Source of the DNA: an uncultured Bacteroidia bacterium
GTDB taxonomy: Bacteria; Bacteroidota; Bacteroidia; Bacteroidales; F082
DNA length: 64,000 nucleotides
Direction: 5' to 3'
Assembly (NCBI GenBank): GCA_902780195.1
Contig: CACZER010000001.1
Coordinates: 24,626-88,625, forward strand
Of the stretch, positions 28,305-37,706 are shown in pieces. Both the position numbers and the translations under genes were made by a program. The stretch's first letter is position 1; every line of letters begins with the position of its first letter. The notes beneath the pieces are model-generated. The model was given only the letters and a program-made list of their open reading frames with translations. It was not told the DNA's origin and made no database searches.

Positions 28305-28972
28305 ACATTATAATTTCGTGCTCCAAAAATCTTACTGCCAACGCGAACCATGGTAGCGCCTTCTTCCACGGCAATCGGATAGTCGTCCGACATGCCCATG
28401 GAGACTTCCTTGAAGTGTGGCTGACCGGCAAAATACTCGTTTTTCAAAGTGTCGAAAATCTCTTTCAGGTGCTTGAATTCCTTGCGGACTTCATCCATGT
28501 CTTCTGTGAAGGTGGCCATGCCCATCACGCCGCAGATGCGTACATTTTCCATTGCCTTGAAATCCTCTGAATCAAGCAGTAGCTTGGCTTCTTCCATGTC
28601 GAGGCCGAACTTAGTCTGCTCTTGGGCGATATGGAATTGTAGCAGGCAATCCACTACGCGGTCGTGCTTCTTGGCCTCTTTGTTGACGGCTTCCAAAAGG
28701 TTGGCTGAATCGATGCTGTGGATGAGCGTGACGAACGGGATGATATATTTGATTTTGTTGGTCTGCAAATGGCCGATAAAGTGCCATTGGATGTCTTGCG
28801 GTAGCACCTCATGCTTGTCGCGCATCTCAAGAGCATGATTCTCACCAAAGATGCGTTGCCCCGCATCGTAGGCTTCCTGCAAGTCGCTGACGGGCTTGGT
28901 CTTGCTGACGGCAACCAGAGTCACCGACTTGGGCAGCGTTGCCCTGATTATTTCCAAGTTTTCTTTGATCAT
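28301..28972 (-). CDS. YggS family pyridoxal-phosphate homeostasis protein
   Basis: Has VAVSKTKP (the PLP lysine), FGENH, HFIGHLQTNK, SMGMSDDY and VRVGSKIFG, in 223 aa. Confidence 0.9.
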   Translation of the reverse strand: MIKENLEIIRATLPKSVTLVAVSKTKPVSDLQEAYDAGQRIFGENHALEMRDKHEVLPQDIQWHFIGHLQTNKIKYIIPFVTLIHSIDSANLLEAVNKEAKKHDRVVDCLLQFHIAQEQTKFGLDMEEAKLLLDSEDFKAMENVRICGVMGMATFTEDMDEVRKEFKHLKEIFDTLKNEYFAGQPHFKEVSMGMSDDYPIAVEEGATMVRVGSKIFGARNYNV

Positions 28973-28995
28973 GGTTACAAAGATTAAAAATCATG

Positions 28996-29003
28996 CAAAA
29001 ATA
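28996..29003 (-). promoter_or_regulatory. -7 promoter box (TATTTTTG) for yggS-like operon
   Basis: The reverse complement of CAAAAATA, 23 nt upstream of the ATG at 28972. Confidence 0.45.
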
Positions 29004-29046
29004 GGAAGGTTTTGTGGTAAATACGCCAAATAAGCGCAAAAATTCT

Positions 29047-29054
29047 TACCTTTG
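29047..29054 (+). promoter_or_regulatory. -7 promoter box (TACCTTTG) for ffh
   Basis: Matches TAnnTTTG, 19 nt upstream of the ATG at 29074. Confidence 0.5.
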
Positions 29055-29073
29055 CACCCAAATTTTTGAAACT

Positions 29074-30408
29074 ATGTTTGAAGGTTTAAGCGAAAAATTA
29101 GAGCGTTCTTTCAAAGTCCTTAAAGGACAGGCTTTTATTACGGAAGTCAATATTGCCGATACGATGAAGGAGATTCGTCGCGCCCTCTTGGATGCCGACG
29201 TAAGCTATAAGATTGCCAAGGATGTTACCAATAACATCAAGGATAAGGCTCTAGGCCAACAGATCCTCACTTCGGTGAAGCCTGGTGAGATGATGGTCAA
29301 GATCGTGCATGACGAATTGGCCGAGCTGATGGGTGGTGAGGCTGTCGACATCAACCTGAAAGGCCAACCTAGCATCATCTTGATTGCAGGTCTGCAAGGT
29401 TCTGGTAAGACTACCTTCTCTGCCAAACTGGCTTCTTATCTGAAACGCAAACGCAGCAAACAGGTGCTGCTGGTCGCTGGCGACGTGTATCGTCCAGCAG
29501 CTATCGAGCAGCTGAAGGTGTTGGGCCAGCAAGTCGAAGTTGAAGTATACAGTGAAGAAGGCAACAAGAACCCTGTTGAGATTGCACAGCACGCCATCGA
29601 GCACGCCAAGGCTCAAGGTAAGAATGTAGTCATCATCGATACTGCCGGTCGTCTGGCCGTCGACGAGGAGATGATGAATGAGATTGCCAACATCAAGGAA
29701 GCTGTGAAACCGCACGAGACCCTGTTTGTGGTTGACTCAATGACGGGTCAGGATGCCGTCAACACGGCTAAGGCCTTTAACGACCGCTTGGACTTTGATG
29801 GCGTAGTGCTTACCAAGTTGGACGGCGACACTCGTGGTGGTGCGGCCCTCACCATCCGCACGGTGGTGGAGAAGCCCATCAAGTTCGTCGGTATCGGCGA
29901 GAAGATGGATGCCTTGGATGTGTTTCATCCCAAGCGTATGGCCGACCGTATCCTCGGCATGGGCGACATCGTCTCTCTTGTGGAACGCGCCCAAGAGCAG
30001 TTTGACGAGGAAGAAGCACGCAAGCTTCAGAAGAAGCTGGCTAAGAACGAGTTCAACTATAACGATTTCCTTAAGCAGATCCAGCAAATCAAAAAGATGG
30101 GTAACCTGAAAGATCTTGCCAGTATGATTCCTGGTATGGACAAGGCCATGAAGGGAGAGGAAATCGACGATGACGCTTTCAAGAGCATTGAAGCCATCAT
30201 TTATTCGATGACGCCAGCTGAACGCGAAGATCCAAAACTGCTTAACGGTACGCGTCGTAAGCGCATCGCTGATGGTAGCGGTACCAGCATCGTGGAAGTG
30301 AACCGCCTTGTAAAGCAGTTTGAAGAGACCTCGAAGATGATGCGTATGATGACCACTGGCGGTGGCAAGAAACTGATGCGCATGGCAGGAGCCATGAAAC
30401 GTCGTTGA
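29074..30408 (+). CDS. ffh: signal recognition particle protein Ffh
   Basis: Starts MFEGLSEKLERSFKVLKG. It has the GTPase motifs GLQGSGKTT, DTAGR and TKLDGD, plus a Met-rich M domain. Confidence 0.95.
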   Translation: MFEGLSEKLERSFKVLKGQAFITEVNIADTMKEIRRALLDADVSYKIAKDVTNNIKDKALGQQILTSVKPGEMMVKIVHDELAELMGGEAVDINLKGQPSIILIAGLQGSGKTTFSAKLASYLKRKRSKQVLLVAGDVYRPAAIEQLKVLGQQVEVEVYSEEGNKNPVEIAQHAIEHAKAQGKNVVIIDTAGRLAVDEEMMNEIANIKEAVKPHETLFVVDSMTGQDAVNTAKAFNDRLDFDGVVLTKLDGDTRGGAALTIRTVVEKPIKFVGIGEKMDALDVFHPKRMADRILGMGDIVSLVERAQEQFDEEEARKLQKKLAKNEFNYNDFLKQIQQIKKMGNLKDLASMIPGMDKAMKGEEIDDDAFKSIEAIIYSMTPAEREDPKLLNGTRRKRIADGSGTSIVEVNRLVKQFEETSKMMRMMTTGGGKKLMRMAGAMKRR

Positions 30409-30440
30409 TTGGGTATGTAGAATTCAAAATGATTAAATAT

Positions 30441-31325
30441 ATGGATAACAAGATTATAGATGGCAAAGCCATTTCCGAACAGATTAAGAAAGAAATCGCA
30501 GCCGAAGTGGCTGACATGATTGATCATGGCATTGCTGCCCCGCATTTGGCGGCTGTCATTGTAGGCGAAGATGGCGCTAGCAAAACCTATGTGGCCTCAA
30601 AGGAGAAAGCCTGCCATTCGGTAGGTATGACCTCGTCAGTGTATCGTTTGCCAGAAAGCACTACCGAAAAGGAGATGCTTGACATGGTGGAGTTCTTGAA
30701 CAATGATCCTGAGATTGATGGCTACATCATCCAGTTGCCTTTGCCGAAACATATCGACGAAAACAAGGTCATCAATGCCATTAAGCCCCAAAAGGATGTG
30801 GATGGTTTCACCAGCGTCAATGCGGGCCGTATGCAATTAGGCCATCCATGCTTTGTGCCTGCCACCCCTAACGGTATTATGGAACTTATCAAACGCTCTG
30901 GGGTCGATACCGTAGGCAAGAATGTGGTTGTGTTGGGCCGCTCCAATATCGTTGGTACTCCAATGGCTATCCTGATGTCGCGCAAGGGCATTGACGCTAC
31001 CGTCACCATGTGCCACAGCCGTACCAAGAATCTGCCCGAAATTGCCCGTCAAGCTGATATCCTGATTGCCGCCATCGGCAAGCAGGGCTTCGTGACTGCC
31101 GACATGGTGAAGCCAGGTGCCGTTGTCATAGATGTTGGTATCCACCGTATTGAAGATGCTTCCAGCCCCAAGGGCTATAAGATTATGGGCGATGTGGATT
31201 ATGATGAAGTCTATAAGGTTGCCTCAAAGATTACACCTGTTCCTGGTGGCGTAGGCCCCATGACCATCGTCTCACTATTGCAAAACACACTGAAAGCCGC
31301 CAAGGGCGAAGTGTATCCAAAGTGA
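30441..31325 (+). CDS. folD: bifunctional methylenetetrahydrofolate dehydrogenase/cyclohydrolase
   Basis: Contains IIDGKAISEQIKKEI, YVASKEKAC, LPLPKHID, VLGRSNIVGTPMA and PVPGGVGPMT. The start is chosen at MDNKIIDGK. Confidence 0.9.
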   Translation: MDNKIIDGKAISEQIKKEIAAEVADMIDHGIAAPHLAAVIVGEDGASKTYVASKEKACHSVGMTSSVYRLPESTTEKEMLDMVEFLNNDPEIDGYIIQLPLPKHIDENKVINAIKPQKDVDGFTSVNAGRMQLGHPCFVPATPNGIMELIKRSGVDTVGKNVVVLGRSNIVGTPMAILMSRKGIDATVTMCHSRTKNLPEIARQADILIAAIGKQGFVTADMVKPGAVVIDVGIHRIEDASSPKGYKIMGDVDYDEVYKVASKITPVPGGVGPMTIVSLLQNTLKAAKGEVYPK

Positions 31326-31327
31326 TT

Positions 31328-32233
31328 ATGAGAAGGGCGTTGTTAATAGGTTTTGTGCTGTTGTTTTCCTTGCTTGGCAAGGCCCAAGAAGGAAAATGGG
31401 GTGAATTGTCTCCTTTGCTGAAGTCGGGATTGCCTGAAGAGGTGAAAGAGACTTCGGGACTCTTATTCCATAATGGTCGCCTTTGGACCCACAACGACAG
31501 CGGCGGGAAACCCATATTATATGCGCTTGACACCACAACCTTTGAGGTCGTTCAGAGAATTACCTTGGACAAGGTAAAAAACAAGGATTGGGAAGATGTG
31601 TGTACCGATGGGGAAAATGTTTTTGTGGGAGACTTTGGCAATAACAAAGGGAATCGTAAAGATTTGAGAATCTATATGTTTCCTCTTGCTGATATTCCAC
31701 AAGGGGGTGACGCCGTTTTGACTGTCGATTCCATTACTTTCCGGTTTGCCGACCAAACGGATTTCAGTAAGCGTAAGGTGCACGATTTCGACTGTGAATC
31801 GTTTTTTGCTTCCGACAAGAACCTTTATCTATTTAGCAAGGGTTGGGAGACTGGTACTACACGTTTATATCGACTCCCCAAGACGCCTGGCGATTATGTT
31901 GCTGAGGTGGTCAATGGGTTTGATTCGCAAGGACTTTTGACGGGGGCTGACTACGACAGGGAAAACCATGTTTTGGTATTGGTTGGTTACGTCAAGACCA
32001 TTTGGAAGCCTTTCATGTATCTCATTTTCGATTTTGATGAGAATGGTGAGAGACTATCAAACTGTCGTTTCGAAATGCCCCATTTGGCAGGAGCTCAAAC
32101 TGAAGGGGTTTGCTTCTTCGATAATGGAAGATGCTATCTTACCGCAGAGACTTCTCCCACCGTGACCTCCAGGGTGTTTGTGGTTGATTTCAGGAAATGG
32201 ATAGATAAAGAACTGATAGATAGGAAAAAGTGA
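31328..32233 (+). CDS. secreted hypothetical protein, possibly beta-propeller (SdiA-regulated/phytase-like superfamily)
   Basis: Has a signal peptide MRRALLIGFVLLFSLLGKAQ. The ETSGLLFHNGRLWTHNDSGG and DWEDVCTDGENVFVGDFGNNKGNR motifs only suggest the family. Confidence 0.4.
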   Translation: MRRALLIGFVLLFSLLGKAQEGKWGELSPLLKSGLPEEVKETSGLLFHNGRLWTHNDSGGKPILYALDTTTFEVVQRITLDKVKNKDWEDVCTDGENVFVGDFGNNKGNRKDLRIYMFPLADIPQGGDAVLTVDSITFRFADQTDFSKRKVHDFDCESFFASDKNLYLFSKGWETGTTRLYRLPKTPGDYVAEVVNGFDSQGLLTGADYDRENHVLVLVGYVKTIWKPFMYLIFDFDENGERLSNCRFEMPHLAGAQTEGVCFFDNGRCYLTAETSPTVTSRVFVVDFRKWIDKELIDRKK

Positions 32234-33885
32234 AAAAGATTGCCCTGATAGTTATTGCGTTGCTTTCTGTTGTCGCAATGGGTTATTCGCAGCATCCGAA
32301 AAAGGCTGTGAAAGCTTATGAAGCGGCGGAGGAGGCTTTTTTTAAGGGCGATTACAAATCAGCGTATCAACAGGTGCTTAAGGCGGTGGTGGCCGATCCC
32401 AACTATGCCGAGGCATGGCTTCTGGAAGGCGAGATCGGCATGGAAACGAAAGACTATGACATGGCCATGTTGGGATATGAGCGAGCCTTGTCGTGCGATT
32501 CGATGTGTTTTCCGCCAGCAGCCATTTCATTGGCCCGTGTTTACGACAGTAAGGGCTCCTACAAGAAGGAGGCAGCCATGTTACGTTGGTACCAATCCAA
32601 GCATTTGGGCCACGCAGCCAACGATGCCACTGTGGCAGAGATGCTGGAGCTAGCTTCTTTTCGCGATTGGGCTACCAGCCATCCTGTGGATTTTGAACCC
32701 GAGAATTTGGGGAAGGTCGTCAACACAAGCGATGATGAATATGTGAATATGTTGTCTTTTGATGGCACGCAACTGCTATTTACACGAAAAACCATGGCTG
32801 CCAATGGCTATCAAAAGGAATCTTTATTCGTGTCTTTGTGGGACGGCGAACGATGGGGTGAGCCGCAGATGCTGTATATTGAAGGCTTTTCTGACGACAT
32901 CGATCCTGCTGCTGCTTTTATTTCGGCGGATGGAAAAAAACTATTTCTGACGGGTTGTGGCTGGTTGCGTGATAGAAGCTGTGATCTATATGTCTCCGAA
33001 TGGAGAGACGGCCAATGTGGAATGCCTCGCCCCTTGTCGGGCTCTATCAATACCAATAGTTGGGAGTCGCAGCCATGCATAAGCAGCGACGGCAAGGAAC
33101 TTTTTTTTGTCTCAAAGCGCTCGGGGAACGCTGACATCTATTGCAGCATGCGCAATGCTGAAGGAACATGGTCGGAACCTCAAAGCTTGGGCGCACCCAT
33201 CAATACAAAAGGTACTGAGATGGCGCCTTTCTTGCATCCCGATGGGCGCACCTTGTATTTCTCTTCAGACAGGCATGTTGGCATGGGTGGCTTCGACCTT
33301 TTCATGAGCCGAAGGGGAGAAGACGGAAAGTGGAAGGAGCCTGTGAATCTGGGTTTCCCTATCAACACCCAAGGCGATGAGATCAATTTCTTTGTGGCTG
33401 CCGACGGCAAGACGGCTTTCATATCCTCGCAGCGTGAAGGCGGCGTGGGTAAATACGACATCTATACCTTTATACTGCCTGAAGAGATTCGACCCGATTC
33501 GGCCAATTATCTCTCAACAGTGGATGTGGTTGAACTGACACCAGGCGACGCGGTGGTCCTGCAAAACATACAGTTTGAATACAACAGCGCTGCTTTGACC
33601 GAAGATTCACAGGTGGGTATTCAGATGCTAACGGATTTTCTTCATCGCAATCCAGAATTGAAAGTAGAGTTGGCTGGCCATACCGATGATATAGGCAGCG
33701 ATGCCTTTAATTTGAAGCTTTCTTCGGAGCGGGCTGAAGTTGTAAAACAGGCGTTGATTGATAATGGAATAGAATCCGTTCGGCTGACTTCCAAAGGTTA
33801 TGGTGCTGCACGGCCCTTGGTCCCGAATGATAGTGAAGAACACCGTTCCTTGAATCGCAGGACGGAGATGGTTGTCATCGAATGA
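32230..33885 (+). CDS. TPR / TolB-like (PD40) beta-propeller / OmpA_C peptidoglycan-binding protein
   Basis: Starts at a GTG that overlaps the upstream stop codon and has a signal peptide. It has TPR-like helices (aa ~25-110) and repeated PD40-like units (SISSDGKELFFVS, LHPDGRTLYFSS, VAADGKTAFISS). The C-terminal OmpA domain reads NIQFEYNSAAL...GHTDDIGSDAFNLKLSSERAE...NRRTEMVV. Confidence 0.8.
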   Translation: MKKIALIVIALLSVVAMGYSQHPKKAVKAYEAAEEAFFKGDYKSAYQQVLKAVVADPNYAEAWLLEGEIGMETKDYDMAMLGYERALSCDSMCFPPAAISLARVYDSKGSYKKEAAMLRWYQSKHLGHAANDATVAEMLELASFRDWATSHPVDFEPENLGKVVNTSDDEYVNMLSFDGTQLLFTRKTMAANGYQKESLFVSLWDGERWGEPQMLYIEGFSDDIDPAAAFISADGKKLFLTGCGWLRDRSCDLYVSEWRDGQCGMPRPLSGSINTNSWESQPCISSDGKELFFVSKRSGNADIYCSMRNAEGTWSEPQSLGAPINTKGTEMAPFLHPDGRTLYFSSDRHVGMGGFDLFMSRRGEDGKWKEPVNLGFPINTQGDEINFFVAADGKTAFISSQREGGVGKYDIYTFILPEEIRPDSANYLSTVDVVELTPGDAVVLQNIQFEYNSAALTEDSQVGIQMLTDFLHRNPELKVELAGHTDDIGSDAFNLKLSSERAEVVKQALIDNGIESVRLTSKGYGAARPLVPNDSEEHRSLNRRTEMVVIE

Positions 33886-33901
33886 AGATTCTGACGCTGT
33901 C

Positions 33902-34663
33902 TTAATGCCTAAAACGGTAGCGAACCGTCAGCTCGTCGTTACTCGGTGTTGGGACGTCCCAATAGGGTTTCTCAGACGTTGAATCTATCGATGGGTCTGT
34001 GACTGAGTCTTCCGAAGCACCATTGTCATCTTCCTCCTCTTCCCAATGGTACACCTCTTTCTGTGGCCCTTCCTTGCGCAGGAAGACAGCCAGCAACACG
34101 CCAATGATAGCACCGCTGAGATGACCTTCCCATGAAATGTTTTGCGGTATGGCTAAAGATGGAATCATTCCCCAAATGAAGCTACCGTAGAGAAACACCA
34201 TGATTAAAGAGACAACGATAAGCATGCGATTGCCGCGGATGAAGCCGCTTGCAATAAGAAACAGGTTGAGCCCATAGACGAGGGCACTTGCTCCGATGTG
34301 GGTGGAATTCGGATCGCCGATGCACCAGGTGATCAAACCACTGGCGAGGTAGATGACGAGCATCACCCTATTGGCGAGGGTGGGGTAGCAGTAGTATAAG
34401 GCAGTACCGAGAACAAGAATGGGTACGCTATTGGAGATAAGATGCTCCCAGCTGCCGTGAAGGAAGGGGAGAGTGAGAATGCCTATAAGTCCTCTGGCTG
34501 TATGCGGCCTTAAGCCATATGCTCCTAAATCGATGCCAAAAGACACCTCGACAATTTTCACCAACCACATCAAAACTACGATGATAAGGGGGATGACGAG
34601 GCTGCCTAGAAATTTCTTTTTCTCTTGTTTTTCTTCCATGCAGCTTTTAGTATCAAGAATCAT
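33902..34663 (-). CDS. rhomboid family intramembrane serine protease
   Basis: Has 6 TM helices, HIGASALVYG (catalytic Ser) and GHLSGAIIG (catalytic His). The start could alternatively be the ATG at 34639. Confidence 0.8.
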   Translation of the reverse strand: MILDTKSCMEEKQEKKKFLGSLVIPLIIVVLMWLVKIVEVSFGIDLGAYGLRPHTARGLIGILTLPFLHGSWEHLISNSVPILVLGTALYYCYPTLANRVMLVIYLASGLITWCIGDPNSTHIGASALVYGLNLFLIASGFIRGNRMLIVVSLIMVFLYGSFIWGMIPSLAIPQNISWEGHLSGAIIGVLLAVFLRKEGPQKEVYHWEEEEDDNGASEDSVTDPSIDSTSEKPYWDVPTPSNDELTVRYRFRH

Positions 34664-34701
34664 TCCGCGGCAAAGGTCGGAAATTTTGGCAGGACTTTTT
34701 T

Positions 34702-36534
34702 TTAGTTCAAAATGATAAATTTCTTCGACTGATTGCCAACCCTAAGAATGTATATGCCTGTATTAAGATGAGCAGATAGTGTAACCTCATTAAGACCTTC
34801 CTCGAAGACAAAAGTCGAATAATAATACCGCCTGCCTATGTTGTCATAGATTTGAATATCAGTTAATCCGACTTCTTTTGCTTCAACTCCGACTTGGATT
34901 CCATTATTCGTAGGCAAAATGCTTAAATAGCTTATCGTAATACCATACATATCTGAAAGATAATACCGGTGAAGCATGTCATTTATATCGTCAACTCGTT
35001 GTGACAGGAATTTGTCGATGCTACGCATCCGTTTCTTCCATACACCCATGCTTTCGGGATTTCCAAAACGGTTTATTTGGTTGGGTATTTCATTTATGAT
35101 GGAATTGTATGTTTCGTCGTAGTACTCTTTTGTTGAATGGTAATTGAAAGTGGTTGACAATAGATGGTCGAAACGATGGAGGAAAGCTAGTTTGAAAGTG
35201 TCGTTTTCCATTAGTCTCCTGAATAGCAACGTAGACGTTTTACTTGCTGGATATAGATCTTCTCCATCATAGATTGCGTTGGCAAAAGCGTCAAAGTCCG
35301 ACATGGATCGAGTGAGACAAGCGTCACCATCAAAAAAAATGAATCTCCATAAACTATTGTCGGCTTGCCAGCAACGCAGGTTGTTTGAAGGCCAGTCGCG
35401 GTTGGCGCTAAAGATTTGGAAGATTTCATAATCCATGAAATTGCTAATGTCGATCCGCTCCTTCACGTATTGGTAGTTATCGTCGTCGGACAGATCGTGT
35501 TGCTCTAACCATTCAAACAACTCTGTTAGGGCTTCGCCAGACCCGTATTCGCAGTTGGTGCCATTCCATGAGTTGACGATGTTAATGTCGTCAAGGTCGA
35601 AGTCATAATGGTCCTCGATATAGCGTTCATCAGGTTTCTCCTGTAAGTAGTAAATCCCCCAATATTCTCCATTGATGAACAATACCACAGGCCTTGATGA
35701 GAGGCAGTCTATGTCAAGGTTTCGTGCAAGTCGCTCACAGAAATGGTCTTGACATCCTGCACCCGTCCAAGATCCTTTAAATGATTTGATTTTCAAGTGT
35801 TTAAAACGCTCTATCTCTGTGCCTTCAAAGAATTTATAATTGAATCTCTTTTTGCCGTATTCTTCGCGAGCATAGATTTTTAAACCTTTTTGAGGGTATC
35901 GTCGGGTGCTATTGCCTTGAACTCTGACGCCAGCTTGTTGGTTGATACCGTTGTTGTCAGTTTCGTAGAATTCGACATTGCAGCATCGTTCCCAATCACG
36001 TCCAGTTTGGTAGTAATTGCCGGAATAGTCGTGATTCTCTGTATTATAATGAATGCCTGGGACGAGGACGCCTTGCTCATAGTCGAATAAATCAAGCGAA
36101 TCTGCACAAAGAGAAATGACTGGAAGTCCATGCGTGTCGCACCCTAATGAGGCGATAAAATAGCTGTTGGTCGCTACTTCGCCAACGCGATGCCCTTCGG
36201 CGTCAAAGGCTGCTGCTCTGATTACGATGCATTTTTGAACCGTTTTGGGGACGAACCAAAGATCCTCTGGGCTAGTTCGAATAGTGAAAATATCGGATTT
36301 GGAATAGAGGTTTTGATTTAACAGGAGGGGATTTGAATAGATGGGGTCTTCTACAGTGGGGATGTTTCCATTGGTCGTAAAATGAATGACCTTGTCGTAC
36401 GACCAGCACGACAAGGTCAGTTCGAATGGTTCTTCGTAGAACCCGCCATTGGTTGAGAAAATCACCTCTTGTGAACTTGCTGTAGAATAAAACAGCAATA
36501 TCAATATCGTTAAGAGGTGACGAGGATGGGTCAT
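34702..36534 (-). CDS. CotH kinase-family protein with N-terminal chitobiase/FN3-like module and T9SS type-A C-terminal sorting domain
   Basis: Has a signal peptide, then IHFTTNGNIPTVEDPIYSNPL. The CotH-like core contains YPQKGLKIY, VLFINGEYWGIYYLQEKPDERYIEDHY and NNLRCWQ. The CTD ends ..GIYILRVGNQSKKFIILN. An ATGA overlap links it to the gcvT stop codon. Confidence 0.7.
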   Translation of the reverse strand: MTHPRHLLTILILLFYSTASSQEVIFSTNGGFYEEPFELTLSCWSYDKVIHFTTNGNIPTVEDPIYSNPLLLNQNLYSKSDIFTIRTSPEDLWFVPKTVQKCIVIRAAAFDAEGHRVGEVATNSYFIASLGCDTHGLPVISLCADSLDLFDYEQGVLVPGIHYNTENHDYSGNYYQTGRDWERCCNVEFYETDNNGINQQAGVRVQGNSTRRYPQKGLKIYAREEYGKKRFNYKFFEGTEIERFKHLKIKSFKGSWTGAGCQDHFCERLARNLDIDCLSSRPVVLFINGEYWGIYYLQEKPDERYIEDHYDFDLDDINIVNSWNGTNCEYGSGEALTELFEWLEQHDLSDDDNYQYVKERIDISNFMDYEIFQIFSANRDWPSNNLRCWQADNSLWRFIFFDGDACLTRSMSDFDAFANAIYDGEDLYPASKTSTLLFRRLMENDTFKLAFLHRFDHLLSTTFNYHSTKEYYDETYNSIINEIPNQINRFGNPESMGVWKKRMRSIDKFLSQRVDDINDMLHRYYLSDMYGITISYLSILPTNNGIQVGVEAKEVGLTDIQIYDNIGRRYYYSTFVFEEGLNEVTLSAHLNTGIYILRVGNQSKKFIILN

Positions 36535-37646
36535 GGCAGGAACGGCATTTTCACCACGACGGCTTTGATGAGCTTGTTGCGGATCTTGATGTAGAGCTCC
36601 GTGTCCTTCTTGCTAAAGGCCTTCTTCACCAGGGCGGTGCCGATGTTCTTGCCGGTCGAAGGCGACGGGCTGCCCGAGCGGACCATACCGATGACATTGC
36701 CTTCGGCGTCACATACCTCGTAACCGTTGCGCGGGATGCCGCGGTCGATCATCTCGAAGCCTACAATCTTTTGGCTCACGCCATTGGCTTTCTGGGCAGC
36801 GAAAATTTCGCGGTTGAGGAAGTCATTGCCGTCGACGAACTTGGTGATCCAGCCTAAGCCAGCCTCGATGGGGCTAATGGTGTCGTCAATTTCGTGGCCA
36901 TAGAGGCAGAAACCTTTTTCGAGGCGAAGGGTGTCGCGGCAGCCCAGACCTGCGGGCATGATGCCGAATTCCTTGCCAGCCTCAAAGACGGCATCCCAAA
37001 CTTGCTTAGCGTAGGCAACGGGGATGTAAATCTCGCAGCCGCCCGAACCGGTGTAACCAGTGGTTGAGAAGATAATGTTGTCGACACCAGCGAAGTTGAT
37101 GATTTGGAAGGTGTAATACTCCATATCAACCACATTGGCCTTGGTAAGCTTCTGCATGGCTTTCAGAGCGTTGGGGCCTTGTACGGCCAACTGAGCCCAT
37201 TCTTCGCTTTCGTTTTTGAAGTCTTCACCGAGGGTCATGCCGAACTTTTCGGCAATCTGGCTCATCCAAGCCCAGTCCTTGTCGATGTTGGCAGCATTGG
37301 GCACCATGAAATAGTGGTCGTCGGCGATGCGGTAGACGAGCATGTCGTCCACGATGCCGCCCTTGCCGTTCGGCAGGCAGGTATATTGTACCTTACCATC
37401 GCTCAGAGCGGCGACGTCGTTGACGGTGCAATATTGCATGAACTGCTTGGCCATGGGGCCTTTGGCGCGGAACTCGCCCATGTGCGACACGTCGAAAACG
37501 CCGACGTTGTTGCGAACGTTGTTGTGTTCTTCGACAAGTCCAGTATATTGGATGGGCATGTCGTAACCGGCAAATTCAGCCATCTTGGCGCCCAAATCAT
37601 GATGGATTTGGTTGTAAGGGGTTTTCTTTAATTCGATGTTTTCCAT
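36531..37646 (-). CDS. gcvT: glycine cleavage system aminomethyltransferase
   Basis: Contains LKKTPYNQIHHDLGAKMAEFAGYDMP, GVFDVSHMGEF, GYTGSGGCEI and RDTLRLE. It is 371 aa. Confidence 0.9.
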   Translation of the reverse strand: MENIELKKTPYNQIHHDLGAKMAEFAGYDMPIQYTGLVEEHNNVRNNVGVFDVSHMGEFRAKGPMAKQFMQYCTVNDVAALSDGKVQYTCLPNGKGGIVDDMLVYRIADDHYFMVPNAANIDKDWAWMSQIAEKFGMTLGEDFKNESEEWAQLAVQGPNALKAMQKLTKANVVDMEYYTFQIINFAGVDNIIFSTTGYTGSGGCEIYIPVAYAKQVWDAVFEAGKEFGIMPAGLGCRDTLRLEKGFCLYGHEIDDTISPIEAGLGWITKFVDGNDFLNREIFAAQKANGVSQKIVGFEMIDRGIPRNGYEVCDAEGNVIGMVRSGSPSPSTGKNIGTALVKKAFSKKDTELYIKIRNKLIKAVVVKMPFLP

Positions 37647-37686
37647 TTTTGTATGTGTTATTATGTAGTTTTGTTCTATGAGGCCG

Positions 37687-37694
37687 CAAAGATA
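37687..37694 (-). promoter_or_regulatory. -7 promoter box (TATCTTTG) for gcvT
   Basis: The reverse complement of CAAAGATA, 40 nt upstream of the ATG at 37646. Confidence 0.5.
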
Positions 37695-37706
37695 AGGAAA
37701 ATGTAA

